From the NCBI RefSeq assembly GCF_000143415.4, contig NW_003314273.1, forward strand, positions 692,074 through 756,073: 64,000 bases of DNA. Direction: 5' to 3'. Source of the DNA: Selaginella moellendorffii (lineage: Eukaryota; Plantae; Lycopodiophyta). Positions 1-11,868 of the stretch are shown piece after piece; the first letter of the stretch is position 1, and every line of letters begins with the position of its first letter. The notes beneath the pieces are model-generated. The model had not been told where the DNA came from. It did not search any database and saw only the letters and a list, made by a program, of their open reading frames with translations. The translations under genes were made by a program, and so were the position numbers.

Positions 1-528
1 GGCATCCGACAGGTCCTTGGGATCTTCCATGGTGAGCAACAAATCCTTGACACCGTTGTTGAGGCCGAAACGAAATTGGTCAATCAGGGCTCGCTCATCC
101 CACTGAGTGTCCAAGGCAAGGAGTTGGAACTCTGCAGCGTAGATTGAGGCAGGACGAGACCCTTGAGAGAGCCATCTCATCTTTGTGGTAGTAGCCCGAA
201 CCCGATCCGTCTCGCCAAAACATGCTTCGAGCTTCTCTTTGAACAATTGAAGATCCATCAGCTCCGGAACCACGACCCCTTTCATGCTCTTCTCCAGAAG
301 AGGAGAAAACCATGACAAAGCTGCACCCTCGAGCAATGTCCCAATCATGCCGATTTGAGACTCGGGAGTGGGGTACCGCCGATGTTGAAGTGCAAAGATC
401 AGCTCCATTTGGTTCAAAAATCCACGAAGCTCCGAACGCTTGCCTGAAAATTTCGCCGGGAAACTCACCTTCGGTTCAGGAACTTTGCTGGATCCTTGAG
501 CCGAAAGTGAAGCAAGCTCCTGCTGCAT
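1..528 (-). CDS. gag: Ty3/gypsy Gag (runs off window start)
   Basis: Manual minus-strand translation from the ATG at 528 is stop-free to base 1: MQQELASL...PEPKVSFPAKFSGKRSELRGFLNQMELIF...GAALSWF...FKEKLEACFGETD...LSQGSRPASIYAAEFQLLALDTQWDERALIDQFRFGL...VKDLL. This is a typical Retrotrans_gag pattern. It is absent from the ORF track because there is no stop in the window. Confidence 0.85.
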   Translation of the reverse strand, partial: MQQELASLSAQGSSKVPEPKVSFPAKFSGKRSELRGFLNQMELIFALQHRRYPTPESQIGMIGTLLEGAALSWFSPLLEKSMKGVVVPELMDLQLFKEKLEACFGETDRVRATTTKMRWLSQGSRPASIYAAEFQLLALDTQWDERALIDQFRFGLNNGVKDLLLTMEDPKDLSDA

Positions 529-868
529 GCGAAGAAGGGTCGCCTTCAGCTCGGTATTCTCAGATTGGATTTTTGCAAGGACTTCGGCAAAGAAATCAGG
601 AAACCAGCTTGCTAAGTCAAACGCTTATCTGGATCACATCCTCAACTCTTTGAGGAAAACCATATACTGTTCCCAAGATCCCAAAGTCGTTCCATTATTG
701 GCCCTTTTCTATCCACCACCTTGTCTACAAGTTCACACATGAACTGTAATGGAGAGCCATATCTTCCCGACCTGCTACTCCTCAAGGATAGGCCCACTTC
801 TCGGACCTTCCGTTGCCAACACCAGTGGTGATATACTTGAGCACCAATAAAAGTCGGACTAAGGAACA

Positions 869-880
869 GCTCCGATACCA
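869..880 (-). other. Primer-binding site, tRNA-iMet type
   Basis: TGGTATCGGAGC, 3 nt after the LTR-terminal CA on the minus strand; one mismatch from the canonical TGGTATCAGAGC. Confidence 0.85.
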
Positions 881-883
881 AAT

Positions 884-2743
884 TGTAAGCGACTAAATTT
901 TCCATTCTACTTTAGTCACTTAACCACACCTCTGACCACTTGGAGGAGTCTCATTCACAACCTCCATAAGTCCAATCCAGGACTTGGGACTTGCTAGCCC
1001 CGAGAATGGCATCCATGCCACTCAACATTTGCACTTGGTCCAAGTGCTCCACGTGTCCGATCCCATGACCGACACTCAAAGGTACCACCGACATAGCAGC
1101 CCGTTACGCTAAGGCCATGCCCAATCACCTTTGCCGCACTGGTAGTCCAATACCACTTGCATCACCGTCTTGGCTCTCCAAGACTAGGCAAACCATCCGT
1201 GAGTGGTCATCTCAGATCCACTCCTTAGCATCCTTAGGATGCCCACCGACAAGGGGAATAGCCTTCCCCAATATCCCTCTGTCAGTCCCCACTAAGTCCC
1301 TTTCTGCCCCTGGCCGTGTTTGCCAACACTGCCACTGGATTGAGACCCACAGGCCCGACCACTAAGTCCCACGGCCCTCTGGGACTTCCTCACCACACGA
1401 CTGTGTCCTTGGTCACTACCCCAGAGGACTGCTCCTCTTCCTTTCCACAGTCTGGGCCTTTGGGACAACATTTCGGAACACCGTGGCCTTACGCGAGCCA
1501 CCTGGGTACTCTCCTCGCCTTCTGTCCTTGGGTGCTCTAGCCATGGGCTTAGAGCGGGTTCCGTTGAGCCACGACAGGTATCCAAGTAGGTAGTGCCACC
1601 CACACTTGGACTGGGAGCATCGGCCAGTCGATCTCCCGGGGGAACTAGAGCCGGCTCTTGAACACTTCACCAAGCTACCCCGCTTGTCGGTCTGTGTTCA
1701 CTCTAGTCTTGGACTTCCCAGTGGGCAGCTCATCACCCAACACTGGGTCCGGCCTTCCTGGGCCAAACTGGCCTTTCCTGGCCAAACTGGCTCCACTGCA
1801 GTCCTCCCCCTACTATACTTTTGGAGCTCACCAAACCCCCCAGGGTCTGGGAGACGAACGCTTTGGGCTTTCACCCTCTCAGGCTCCGGACTCGGACTCG
1901 GACTCGGACTCGGACTCGGACTCGGACTCGGACTCGGACTCGGACTCGGACTCGGACTCGGACTCGGACTCGGGCTCGGGCTCGGGCTCAGTCTCGGCCT
2001 CGGCCTCGGTCTCAGTCTCGGTCCCGATCTCGGTCTCGGTCTCGGTCTTGGTCTCGGTCCCGGTCTCGGTCTCGACTTCGGACTCCATCTCGGACTCCAT
2101 CTCGGACTCCATCTCGGACTCCATCTCGGGTCCATCTCGGGTCCATCTCGGACTCCATCTCGGGTCCATCTCGGACTCCATCTCGGACTCCATTTCGGGT
2201 CCATCTCGGGTCCACCTCGGACTCCATCTCGGACTCCATCTCGGACTCCATCTCGGGTCCATCTCGGACTCCACTTCGGATTCCAACTCGGGTCCATCTC
2301 GGGTCCACCTCGGACTCCACTTCGGACTCCTTCTCGGACTCCATCTCGGGTCCATCTCGGACTCCACTTCGGACTCCAACTCGGGTCCATCTCGGACTCC
2401 ACTTCGGACTCCAACTCGGGTCCATCTCGGACTCCACTTCGGACTCCAACTCGGGTCCATCTCGGACTCCACTTCAGACTCCAACTCGGGTCCATCTCGG
2501 ACTCCATCTCGGACTCCCACGTGTCATGTGTTGGTCCTTTTGGGTCCCTTTTTGGAGCCTCGCCTTTTGCTTGCTTCGTGCTCGTTCCTCGAGCACTTCG
2601 TTGGGAGTTCCACTCCCGCTCTTGACTTTTCAAGTCGGAGCTTTTGGTCCAAACGTGTTACGCTCGTTTGGCTCTCGCTTCGGCCACTACCATGTGGTGC
2701 CCTTCTGGCTCCACTTTGGGGCCTAGGGATTTTGTGTCTCACA
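884..2743 (-). repeat. LTR (1860 bp), central LTR shared by two internal regions
   Basis: TGTAAG...CTCACA termini; nearly identical to 6898-8745. On the minus strand it is preceded by a purine tract (GGGTGGTGGAGT, 2744-2755) and followed by a PBS (869-880). Confidence 0.9.
1886..2518. repeat. (CTCGGA)n hexamer satellite with derived 12/24/36-mer units inside LTR
   Basis: A pure GGACTC run grades into GGTCTC, CCATCTCGGACT and longer CCACTT/CCAACT variants. Confidence 0.95.
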
Positions 2744-2859
2744 ACTCCACCACCCATAGACGAAGTTCGATGTCCTCATCGAACGGTGAACCATTTTATA
2801 AAGTAGCACCCGCATGTGTTACCATTTCCATCCTTGGCGCGTAGCCAATATTTGTCAAT

Positions 2860-2980
2860 GGGTTGACATTGAAGGCTCACCATGCCTTCTCCATATTCGT
2901 CAATGGCTGGACATTGAAGGCTCACCATGCCTTTTGCATATTCCTCGATGGTTTGACACCAAAGGCTCACCATGCCTTGC
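2860..2980. repeat. ~42-bp minisatellite (about 3 copies) in retroelement internal region
   Basis: GACATTGAAGGCTCACCATGCCTT recurs at about 42-bp spacing. Confidence 0.8.
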
Positions 2981-5900
2981 CTATCCTCCATGGAGGGTAG
3001 TCTCTCCAACTTAGAGACTGATTGGACCACATATAGTGGTTCTCTCCTTTTATTGGTTTAGTTCTCGCTAAACCTCTTAGAGACCCTTCTCTAAGTCAAT
3101 CCCACTACTCCTTCTCGAGTAGTCTCAATTTCCATTTATTGAACGTTTGCACCTTGGAACTTTCACTCTTTTGACTTTTGGAAGTCAACTTCCTAGGTGT
3201 CTCCAACACCTTGCATTGCACAGATCGTGCAACTCCACTTCCCATCCTAGGAAGTTCATTACTTGAGGGCACCATCATCCTCTCTTCTATTTTGTGCCAC
3301 CTTGGGCACTAAGTTCCATTTATCATACTTTGTGCTAGGGCTGTCCATGGCCCTATCATTTGGCTACCTTACCGCTCCCTTCCTTGGAGCTTCCACTTTC
3401 GCCAAATCGGAGCATTTCGGAATTCCTCCTTGGAAACACACTTCCTTTCCCACAACTTGTTAGCGTCCAACACATTAGTGTTCCTCGCCTAACTTTGTCA
3501 CTTGGATTCCTTCCAAGGGATTCCACGGCCCTATCTTGGCCACTCATCTTTTGCTCCTATCCGTTGATTGTTGCACCAAGCAACATCGAATCTCTACCTC
3601 CCTCCTTGAGGTGTTCTTTTGATTCCATAGCAAAGGCTCTGCTTTGCCAAGACTAGGGTGTTCACCCCTAGTAAGTCTCTTTTAGCATCTTCTGTTGTGG
3701 GCTCTATCCTCAGCCCAACTTTGTGACCCTCTCATGGGTCTCTTTAGAGACTACTTTCCTCGGACTCACTATGCCATCGCACGGACATAGTTTATTTCCC
3801 TTAGGTGCTCTTCCCACTTGGTCATCACGACCAAGCCACACCACCTTTAACAGTTCAATTTCAACATTTTGAACCAGGAACTTCATTCCTTAGCCAACCA
3901 AGGACCTTGTCCTTATCTGGCCATAAGATCACCTAGTGATCTCACCTTGGCACCTTAACAGAGTTGCCAAGAGGTACTTGGTCTTCTAGACCTCCAAGTT
4001 GTTGACTATAACCCCGGGGGCATCCCCCACACTCGGCGGTGCACCCAAGCTAGCCCTTACGGCCAAGGGTTCATAGCAACTGAGATTAGGTGTCCCCATC
4101 TCACTCACCACGACCTTGGTGCCACTTGCACCAAAGCGTTCAAGTTAGATATGCCGAGCTTTCACTCTAAGTAATCTAACCGTGCATCACGACTCCAAGG
4201 CATCCCTCGCTTGGCGGTGTGCCCAAACCAGTCTCCCCACTGAGAGTCCATGACCACCGAAATATGAGTGTCCTCATATTCCAAACCATCACCACGCCCT
4301 AGTGATTTGGGACTCGAACCCAAGCACTAGAGGGTCGGGACTCGAACCCAACCTCCGTATATGCATCTACGGACGGCATCACACAAGATGCCTGGCGTGA
4401 CTCCCCACGCCGGTGCACCAACTTATTTTTAAAGCGCGCTACAAATCACAGCTTAGGAACCTAGTTCCTCCACACTGCCAAGTCCTCTCACTTGACATGT
4501 CTGTGATCATGCATGGACTCCTCCATGCTCGGCCCCATGGCCCACCCTTTTTGAAGTTATCACCTTCAACTAGGGTATTTGTTCCCCCGACGTGCCAATC
4601 TCGCTTGGCAAGTCCTCCGACCACCGTAACATGGTTCCTGCATAAGCGTGAAAGTCCTTGACCATCGACTTTCGTTCAAAGCCCTCTCCTTGAACACTCG
4701 GGAACTACTTCCCTAACCTTGATGGCCTTGCCTCATGGCAAGCTTCAAGACCACGCTTCTGCTGCGCCACTCTGATTTCGCGCGTTCCACGAACCATTTA
4801 CACTTGGCCTTTCTAGGTACTAAGCTACCTCGAATCGTCTTTGGGAACCTTGAAGGAACTCTGTCCCTCAGCTTGCTAAGGCCTCCCTTTTTGCAAGCCT
4901 TCCAAATGCCACATAGTCTAACATAGACAATTTCATATTTTAGACTCTCCATGGCATCACGGTTGCTAGCGGCAACACCCTCAAGCCCCCACTTGATTCT
5001 CCACTCCCAGCTGGCATAACCAACCTTGGTTATGCCCTTTGATTCCTACGGTTCGGTTCTATCCCCTTACTTCTTGCTTTTTGGCTTCACACCTTTCCTT
5101 TGGTCATTCTCCTCCAGACCAGGAGGATAGCTTTGCACTTTCTATCATGCTTTAGCAAGTATTCTTAGGGATGAACCTACCCAATAGCCTAGGGAGTGGT
5201 TCCTCAATCCGGGTATGCTTACCTTATAATCCCACATACTGGGATTACATTGTTGCTTATGGGCCTTTACATGCCCATCACTAGCCTTGCCAAAATTCCA
5301 TTTTTGGCTTTGTCCAACTCGGGTAGACAGTCCTCTCCTGTCTCCGCAACCTTGGACATTTGGATAGCACCTTCTATCCATCATTCGCTAGGGACTTAGT
5401 CCCTTGGGCTTTATCCATTGCCCTTGCGACATCAAACACCACCTTCTGGTGTTCTAGAGTGTTCGGGTGTCCCAATGATGGCTTTCTTGACAATGAGTAT
5501 TTCCTTTTATGACATTGACTTACTATATCGCAACACAAGCAACTTATCCCCCGTAAGGGTATATCCAACTTCCCTATGCTATCAAGAAGTCTTGGGTAGC
5601 TACCTTCTACCCGTTTAACCAGTTATTTTGCACCTCTTGCTTAGTTGCCTCATAGTTGTCAAGTCCTACAACTCATTGCTTGGTGCTTTCACACCTCCAT
5701 CATTATCTGGGTCACCACACTCCAACTGCATGCTCTGCAGCTTAGGCTATGCTATTCCCATTTCCATTGGGATTCCTTTGGCAAGGGGTTCTCATGAACC
5801 CACCAACATAGCCTCAAGGTATCACACCTTGGCACATTTGGTGTCTCCACACCATCGGCTCCACGAGCCTACCTCTATGACATTTCCTCTTCGTGTCTAA

Positions 5901-6882
5901 GTCTTTGCCAAGACCAACACCGCTCTTTCTCATGCCAACCATCCGTTAGCACTGCACCATAGAGGTCACACACAACTTTATGTCAAAGTTGTTTTCTTCT
6001 GGGAACACCTTTCCCATAACTTTAGTATGGCACATTTTGCCATCGATGAGATACCCTCTGTTCTCATCCTTGGATCCTATGATCCCCCCCCATCCTTTGT
6101 GGGGTACAACACACCTCAGTCCAAATGCTTCCATCAGTCCTTTTAGGACCATCCGTTGACTCTACTTGAGTCATCCAGCAGTTTTGGACTTGGTTAATCC
6201 ACAGACCCGTAAGGTCCTACTTGTGAGGCACTTGCTCACTAGAATACACTTCTTGCATTCCTGTCCTACTCAAAAGGACTATTTTCACAAGTGTTACTCC
6301 GACACTTGATTTTCTTCTCTGGGGGCAACCTTTGCCCCTTAGGACTACTTGTACATGTGATGAGAACACCAACTCATCCACTTAATACACCCCCAACTCC
6401 TTGGGTTGTTCCAGCATTTATTAGAGGTAGCCCCGGCTACCTTTTCAAGGACTTGAGTCCTCTTCCGTATTTGACCTCCCACGGTCATTACTTCTGGTCT
6501 CACATTCATGAGCACCAACCTCAACTATATGAGGAAAATCTTGTGACTCCTTTATTGCTTTGGAGTCTTGATCTTTCCCATGATCCCAACTGTAGTTGTT
6601 TACCACAACTACATTAGCCAGCTTGCTAAGTCAAACGCTTATCTGGATCACATCCTCAACTCTTTGAGGAAAACCATATACTGTTCCCAAGATCCCAAAG
6701 TCGTTCCATTATTGGCCCTTTTCTATCCACCACCTTGTCTACAAGTTCACACATGAACTGTAATGGAGAGCCATATCTTCCCGACCTGCTACTCCTCAAG
6801 GATAGGCCCACTTCTCGGACCTTCCGTTGCCAACACCAGTGGTGATATACTTGAGCACCAATAAAAGTCGGACTAAGGAACA

Positions 6883-6894
6883 GCTCCGATACCA
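6883..6894 (-). other. Primer-binding site, tRNA-iMet type
   Basis: TGGTATCGGAGC directly after the 5' LTR on the minus strand. Confidence 0.85.
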
Positions 6895-6897
6895 AAT

Positions 6898-8745
6898 TGT
6901 AAGCGACTAAATTTTCCATTCTACTTTAGTCACTTAACCACACCTCTGACCACTTGGAGGAGTCTCATTCACAACCTCCATAAGTCCAATCCAGGACTTG
7001 GGACTTGCTAGCCCCGAGAATGGCATCCATGCCACTCAACATTTGCACTTGGTCCAAGTGCTCCACGTGTCCGATCCCATGACCGACACTCAAAGGTACC
7101 ACCGACATAGCAGCCCGTTACGCTAAGGCCATGCCCAATCACCTTTGCCGCACTGGTAGTCCAATACCACTTGCATCACCGTCTTGGCTCTCCAAGACTA
7201 GGCAAACCATCCGTGAGTGGTCATCTCAGATCCACTCCTTAGCATCCTTAGGATGCCCACCGACAAGGGGAATAGCCTTCCCCAATATCCCTCTGTCAGT
7301 CCCCACTAAGTCCCTTTCTGCCCCTGGCCGTGTTTGCCAACACTGCCACTGGATTGAGACCCACAGGCCCGACCACTAAGTCCCACGGCCCTCTGGGACT
7401 TCCTCACCACACGACTGTGTCCTTGGTCACTACCCCAGAGGACTGCTCCTCTTCCTTTCCACAGTCTGGGCCTTTGGGACAACATTTCGGAACACCGTGG
7501 CCTTACGCGAGCCACCTGGGTACTCTCCTCGCCTTCTGTCCTTGGGTGCTCTAGCCATGGGCTTAGAGCGGGTTCCGTTGAGCCACGACAGGTATCCAAG
7601 TAGGTAGTGCCACCCACACTTGGACTGGGAGCATCGGCCAGTCGATCTCCCGGGGGAACTAGAGCCGGCTCTTGAACACTTCACCAAGCTACCCCGCTTG
7701 TCGGTCTGTGTTCACTCTAGTCTTGGACTTCCCAGTGGGCAGCTCATCACCCAACACTGGGTCCGGCCTTCCTGGGCCAAACTGGCCTTTCCTGGCCAAA
7801 CTGGCTCCACTGCAGTCCTCCCCCTACTATACTTTTGGAGCTCACCAAACCCCCCAGGGTCTGGGAGACGAACGCTTTGGGCTTTCACCCTCTCAGGCTC
7901 CGGACTCGGACTCGGACTCGGACTCGGACTCGGACTCGGACTCGGACTCGGACTCGGACTCGGACTCGGACTCGGGCTCGGGCTCGGGCTCAGTCTCGGC
8001 CTCGGCCTCGGTCTCAGTCTCGGTCCCGATCTCGGTCTCGGTCTCGGTCTTGGTCTCGGTCCCGGTCTCGGTCTCGACTTCGGACTCCATCTCGGACTCC
8101 ATCTCGGACTCCATCTCGGACTCCATCTCGGGTCCATCTCGGGTCCATCTCGGACTCCATCTCGGGTCCATCTCGGACTCCATCTCGGACTCCATTTCGG
8201 GTCCATCTCGGGTCCACCTCGGACTCCATCTCGGACTCCATCTCGGACTCCATCTCGGGTCCATCTCGGACTCCACTTCGGATTCCAACTCGGGTCCATC
8301 TCGGGTCCACCTCGGACTCCACTTCGGACTCCTTCTCGGACTCCATCTCGGGTCCATCTCGGACTCCACTTCGGACTCCAACTCGGGTCCATCTCGGACT
8401 CCACTTCGGACTCCAACTCGGGTCCATCTCGGACTCCACTTCGGACTCCAACTCGGGTCCATCTCGGACTCCACTTCAGACTCCAACTCGGGTCCATCTC
8501 GGACTCCATCTCGGACTCCCACGTGTCATGTGTTGGTCCTTTTGGGTCCCTTTTTGGAGCCTCGCCTTTTGCTTGCTTCGTGCTCGTTCCTCGAGCACTT
8601 CGTTGGGAGTTCCACTCCCGCTCTTGACTTTTCAAGTCGGAGCTTTTGGTCCAAACGTGTTACGCTCGTTTGGCTCTCGCTTCGGCCACTACCATGTGGC
8701 GCCCTTCTGGCTCCACTTTGGGGCCTAGGGATTTTGTGTCTCACA
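6898..8745 (-). repeat. LTR (1848 bp) containing CTCGGA satellite (7900-8520)
   Basis: Direct repeat of 884-2743 (start offset 6014); TG...CA ends. Confidence 0.9.
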
Positions 8746-8878
8746 CAAACATGTTATACTCATTAAACTTTTGTTTTGATGAAACATAAATGTACATTTC
8801 TTATGTCTAATAGGGACTAAACAACATTATCAAGAACACATTTTCACAAAATGTTGCTAGTGAAACTACAAGTACAAA

Positions 8879-8977
8879 TGTATGCTCTTAAATTTAGACT
8901 TTTTGAGATGTCATCTAACTCAATACTATTTAAACCCAAAGAAACTTAACCCAAGTTATTCTCTTTGGTTGCTTATA
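8879..8977. repeat. Degenerate copy of the short LTR of the 37971-39702 element
   Basis: Shares CAATACTATT..AAACCCAA..ACTTAACCC and AAGTTATTCTCTTTGGTTGCTTA with 37971-38164. Confidence 0.55.
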
Positions 8978-9311
8978 ATAAAGTCATGGCATTATTTTTT
9001 GGCAATTTGCCTCCAAGATAACTCTACCACAAGACTTGAAGCCACATGCTATACTCCATAGCACATAAACTTTGCCATAGTGCGCTCCACCTCCAATGTG
9101 CCACCTGATCGTGATATAACTCTAATTCATAGGTCTAAGCAAGGTGTGAATGTGCTCTAGCTCAAGGCTAGAGCATGTTACCTTGCTTCCCACGTGAGAT
9201 AAGTGCATTGGCTCATCTTTAAAAAAGTCTTAGCTTTGCTATAAAGACTAAAGAAGTACTACAAACCTCTCAAATTAGTGTTGAGAGAAAAAATGTGTGG
9301 ATCTCTTAACA

Positions 9312-9798
9312 TGTAACACTTACTTACCTTCATATGCTAGTGGCTCTAATCATGGTAGTAATCCCTACCAATAGCTCCAAACTCAACCCCTCCAAATCCT
9401 ACAAAATCAATTTAAAACCAACACCAAGCATGGTTTTCCACAAAACCAAGTGCTCTCTAGCACATTAGCAACCCTAAATTGTGCTTTGCAAGCACCATAG
9501 TGAAACCCTAGCTAAGATGAGTTAGATCTCACTAAAATGGATGAAATTTAGGCTAGGGACTTCCTTTCAAGTCACTAGCAGTTTATTGGACACTCCCAAG
9601 TCTTGTCATATCTTGTCAAAGTGCTGAAAATGAAGATTCACTCACCTCCAAGAACCTTAGCTATGCCACAATGTAGGGTCACTAAGATTTTGTAGATCCT
9701 GGATTAGAATGTCATACTATGGATGGACTTCCACTTCAGCCACTACCACGTGGCACAACTTTGGCTCCATTTTGGGACTTAGGGTTTTGTGTGTTACA
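9312..9798. repeat. Old solo LTR related to the 1.85-kb LTR family
   Basis: TGTAACAC...GTGTTACA inverted termini; the last ~60 bp resemble the end of LTR 884-2743 (CCACTACCA.GTGG...GGCTCCA.TTTGGG.C.TAGGG.TTTTGTGT). No TSD is visible. Confidence 0.5.
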
Positions 9799-11868
9799 AT
9801 TATTTTAAAACTAACTCATTAAATGACTTAATCTAATCATTTAAATTTAACCACACAAATTGCATATAATCATTAGGGTTCAATTGTGAGAAGGGTAGTA
9901 CAGTTTTAAGGTCAACCCCCAAACATGTATAGCCTATTTTTTTAAAGTTTATTTCTTTTGGAATTTATTACTAGGTTGGAAGTTATGACAAAGGCACATT
10001 CTTCTTGGGTGCAAATATACATATGTCATTTAAATCTTTGATTTGATGGGTTAATTAGTTTGATTGTGAAGGTGACTAGATGTTTTGAGATTAGGACACT
10101 TGTAAAGGACCTAATTATGTTTATGAACATAAAAAATTCCAAAATTATGTTATTCTGTTTATTCTTTCTCTTTTATATACTTTTTTTAAAAGTATTTAAA
10201 AGTATATATATACTTTTATATACTCAAATGCCTTTTTCACAATAGCCTTATTGCTTTGAGAGCCATGATCATCTATCACAATACAAGCACAATTTGTTGG
10301 AGAGACACCTCTTTTTTAAAAGCTCTTGGTTTTTCTTTTTCTGGAATAACTTAGGTACACACTTTCATTTGCTCTCTAGATATAAATAGTGATTACATAT
10401 TATTTTTACATTACTGTATAATTTGATATTTATTATATTACTTTACTTTAAGAGTTTGTAAGTCAATTTTAAGGGCACAACTTTACAGAAACTTCTATAT
10501 GGCAGGAGATGGCTATAATGCTTAAAATGTCACTCTCCAACAGTATTGATAGAGACTTTTTTACTCTAAAGCCTACACAAAAGTTTTCAAGTTTATCTAG
10601 TTATCATATATTTTATTTCACTTTCAAAATATTACCAAGTTAGTCGAATGTTGCTACTGGAATTTCTAGATAGCGATAAATCTCTTATATGACCATGATC
10701 AAGCTTCTCTATTTACAAACTCTAAACAATAATAAACAATCAAATCTCAGAGTATTATTTTTGGTATACCAAAATGTGTCTTTGTTGTAAAAACATTGTT
10801 GTAGCTAACAAGGTTGGTGACACACTATCCTTCTAACCATGATATCATGACCAATAATTTATGGTATACTACAACAACTATATACTATTACCCATTTATG
10901 AAAGGCTAAAAAGATCCAGGTAAGATAGTTCCCAAAGGAATATATATATATATATATATAGATAGATAGATATAGATATAGTTAGTCTCTGAATTATTGC
11001 CTTTGAATTGCTCCCTTCTAAATTTTATTCTTTGTAAACATAAAATTTTCAATAAAACTATCCAGCTCTTCACTAGATCATAAACATCCTCTTTGGCCAA
11101 TAGTAATATCTTTAGTCCATTGATAAATATCACAATGTGAAGTTGAGTAAGATTTTGAAAATACACACTTCTAGAGTTTGTTTGATCCCTAAAACATCTT
11201 CAAGTTTATACATGCAATTCTCAACACCACACTGTATGTAGTAATAAGCATATTTAACTGATATTTATTCTTTGCCTAAAATAATATGCATTAAGCTTCA
11301 TATAGATTACATATTGATTAGCACACTTTAGCTGTCTCTTTAACAGTTAGAGATATTAAACAGTATTAGAGTATTTTTACAAAAAATCATCACTACAATT
11401 TATTGAAGTCACTGTTACATATAATATCATAGCTGCTTGTGAAGAATCAAATGAATTTGCAACTGCTTGCTTAAAGGAATTGAGATTTAGAATAACAGTT
11501 TAATCTCTTATGATTCAACACATGTTCATGCACCACCAAACATAATCCTAACAATGGTCATGATAATTATTGTATGGCGGGCAATCAAGGCATCCTAGTG
11601 AATACTCATAAGCAAGTGCTTAATTGTTAATGACAATATGCGGTGATCCAAAGTACTTAAGAGCAATAACCAACTCTATTTAATAAGTATCACATAATAG
11701 CATATAATGAAGTTAAAAATAAGAAGCCTTGCCACATTATTAACTTTATAGCTTCCTAACTACTACTGCTAAAGTATAGGCACCACAACTATTCCCCACG
11801 CAGGACATTAGCCTACGGTCACATTTTTCTTTGGCATTTATCCTCTCGAATATTCTTGTGAAGCGGCA

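Larger units (their letters stand above)
884..8745 (-). mobile_element. Non-autonomous (LARD-like) LTR retrotransposon, very recent
   Basis: LTR 8745-6898, PBS 6894-6883, about 4.1-kb internal region with no long ORF or recognisable RT, PPT 2755-2744, LTR 2743-884. By eye the LTRs differ by a 12-bp satellite indel and about 1 substitution. Confidence 0.8.

Noticed and set aside
1606-2806. 300-380 aa ORFs in multiple frames (DS/LG/RT/SP repeats resembling Sdr adhesins or SR proteins), repeated at 7620-8766
   Set aside because: Artefacts of the stop-free CTCGGA satellite inside LTRs.
2860-2980. Regularly spaced repeats as a CRISPR-like array (also TCACAAGAGCTTGGAAG x3 at 13525-13610)
   Set aside because: Eukaryotic context, spacers are homologous to each other and no cas genes; simple minisatellites.
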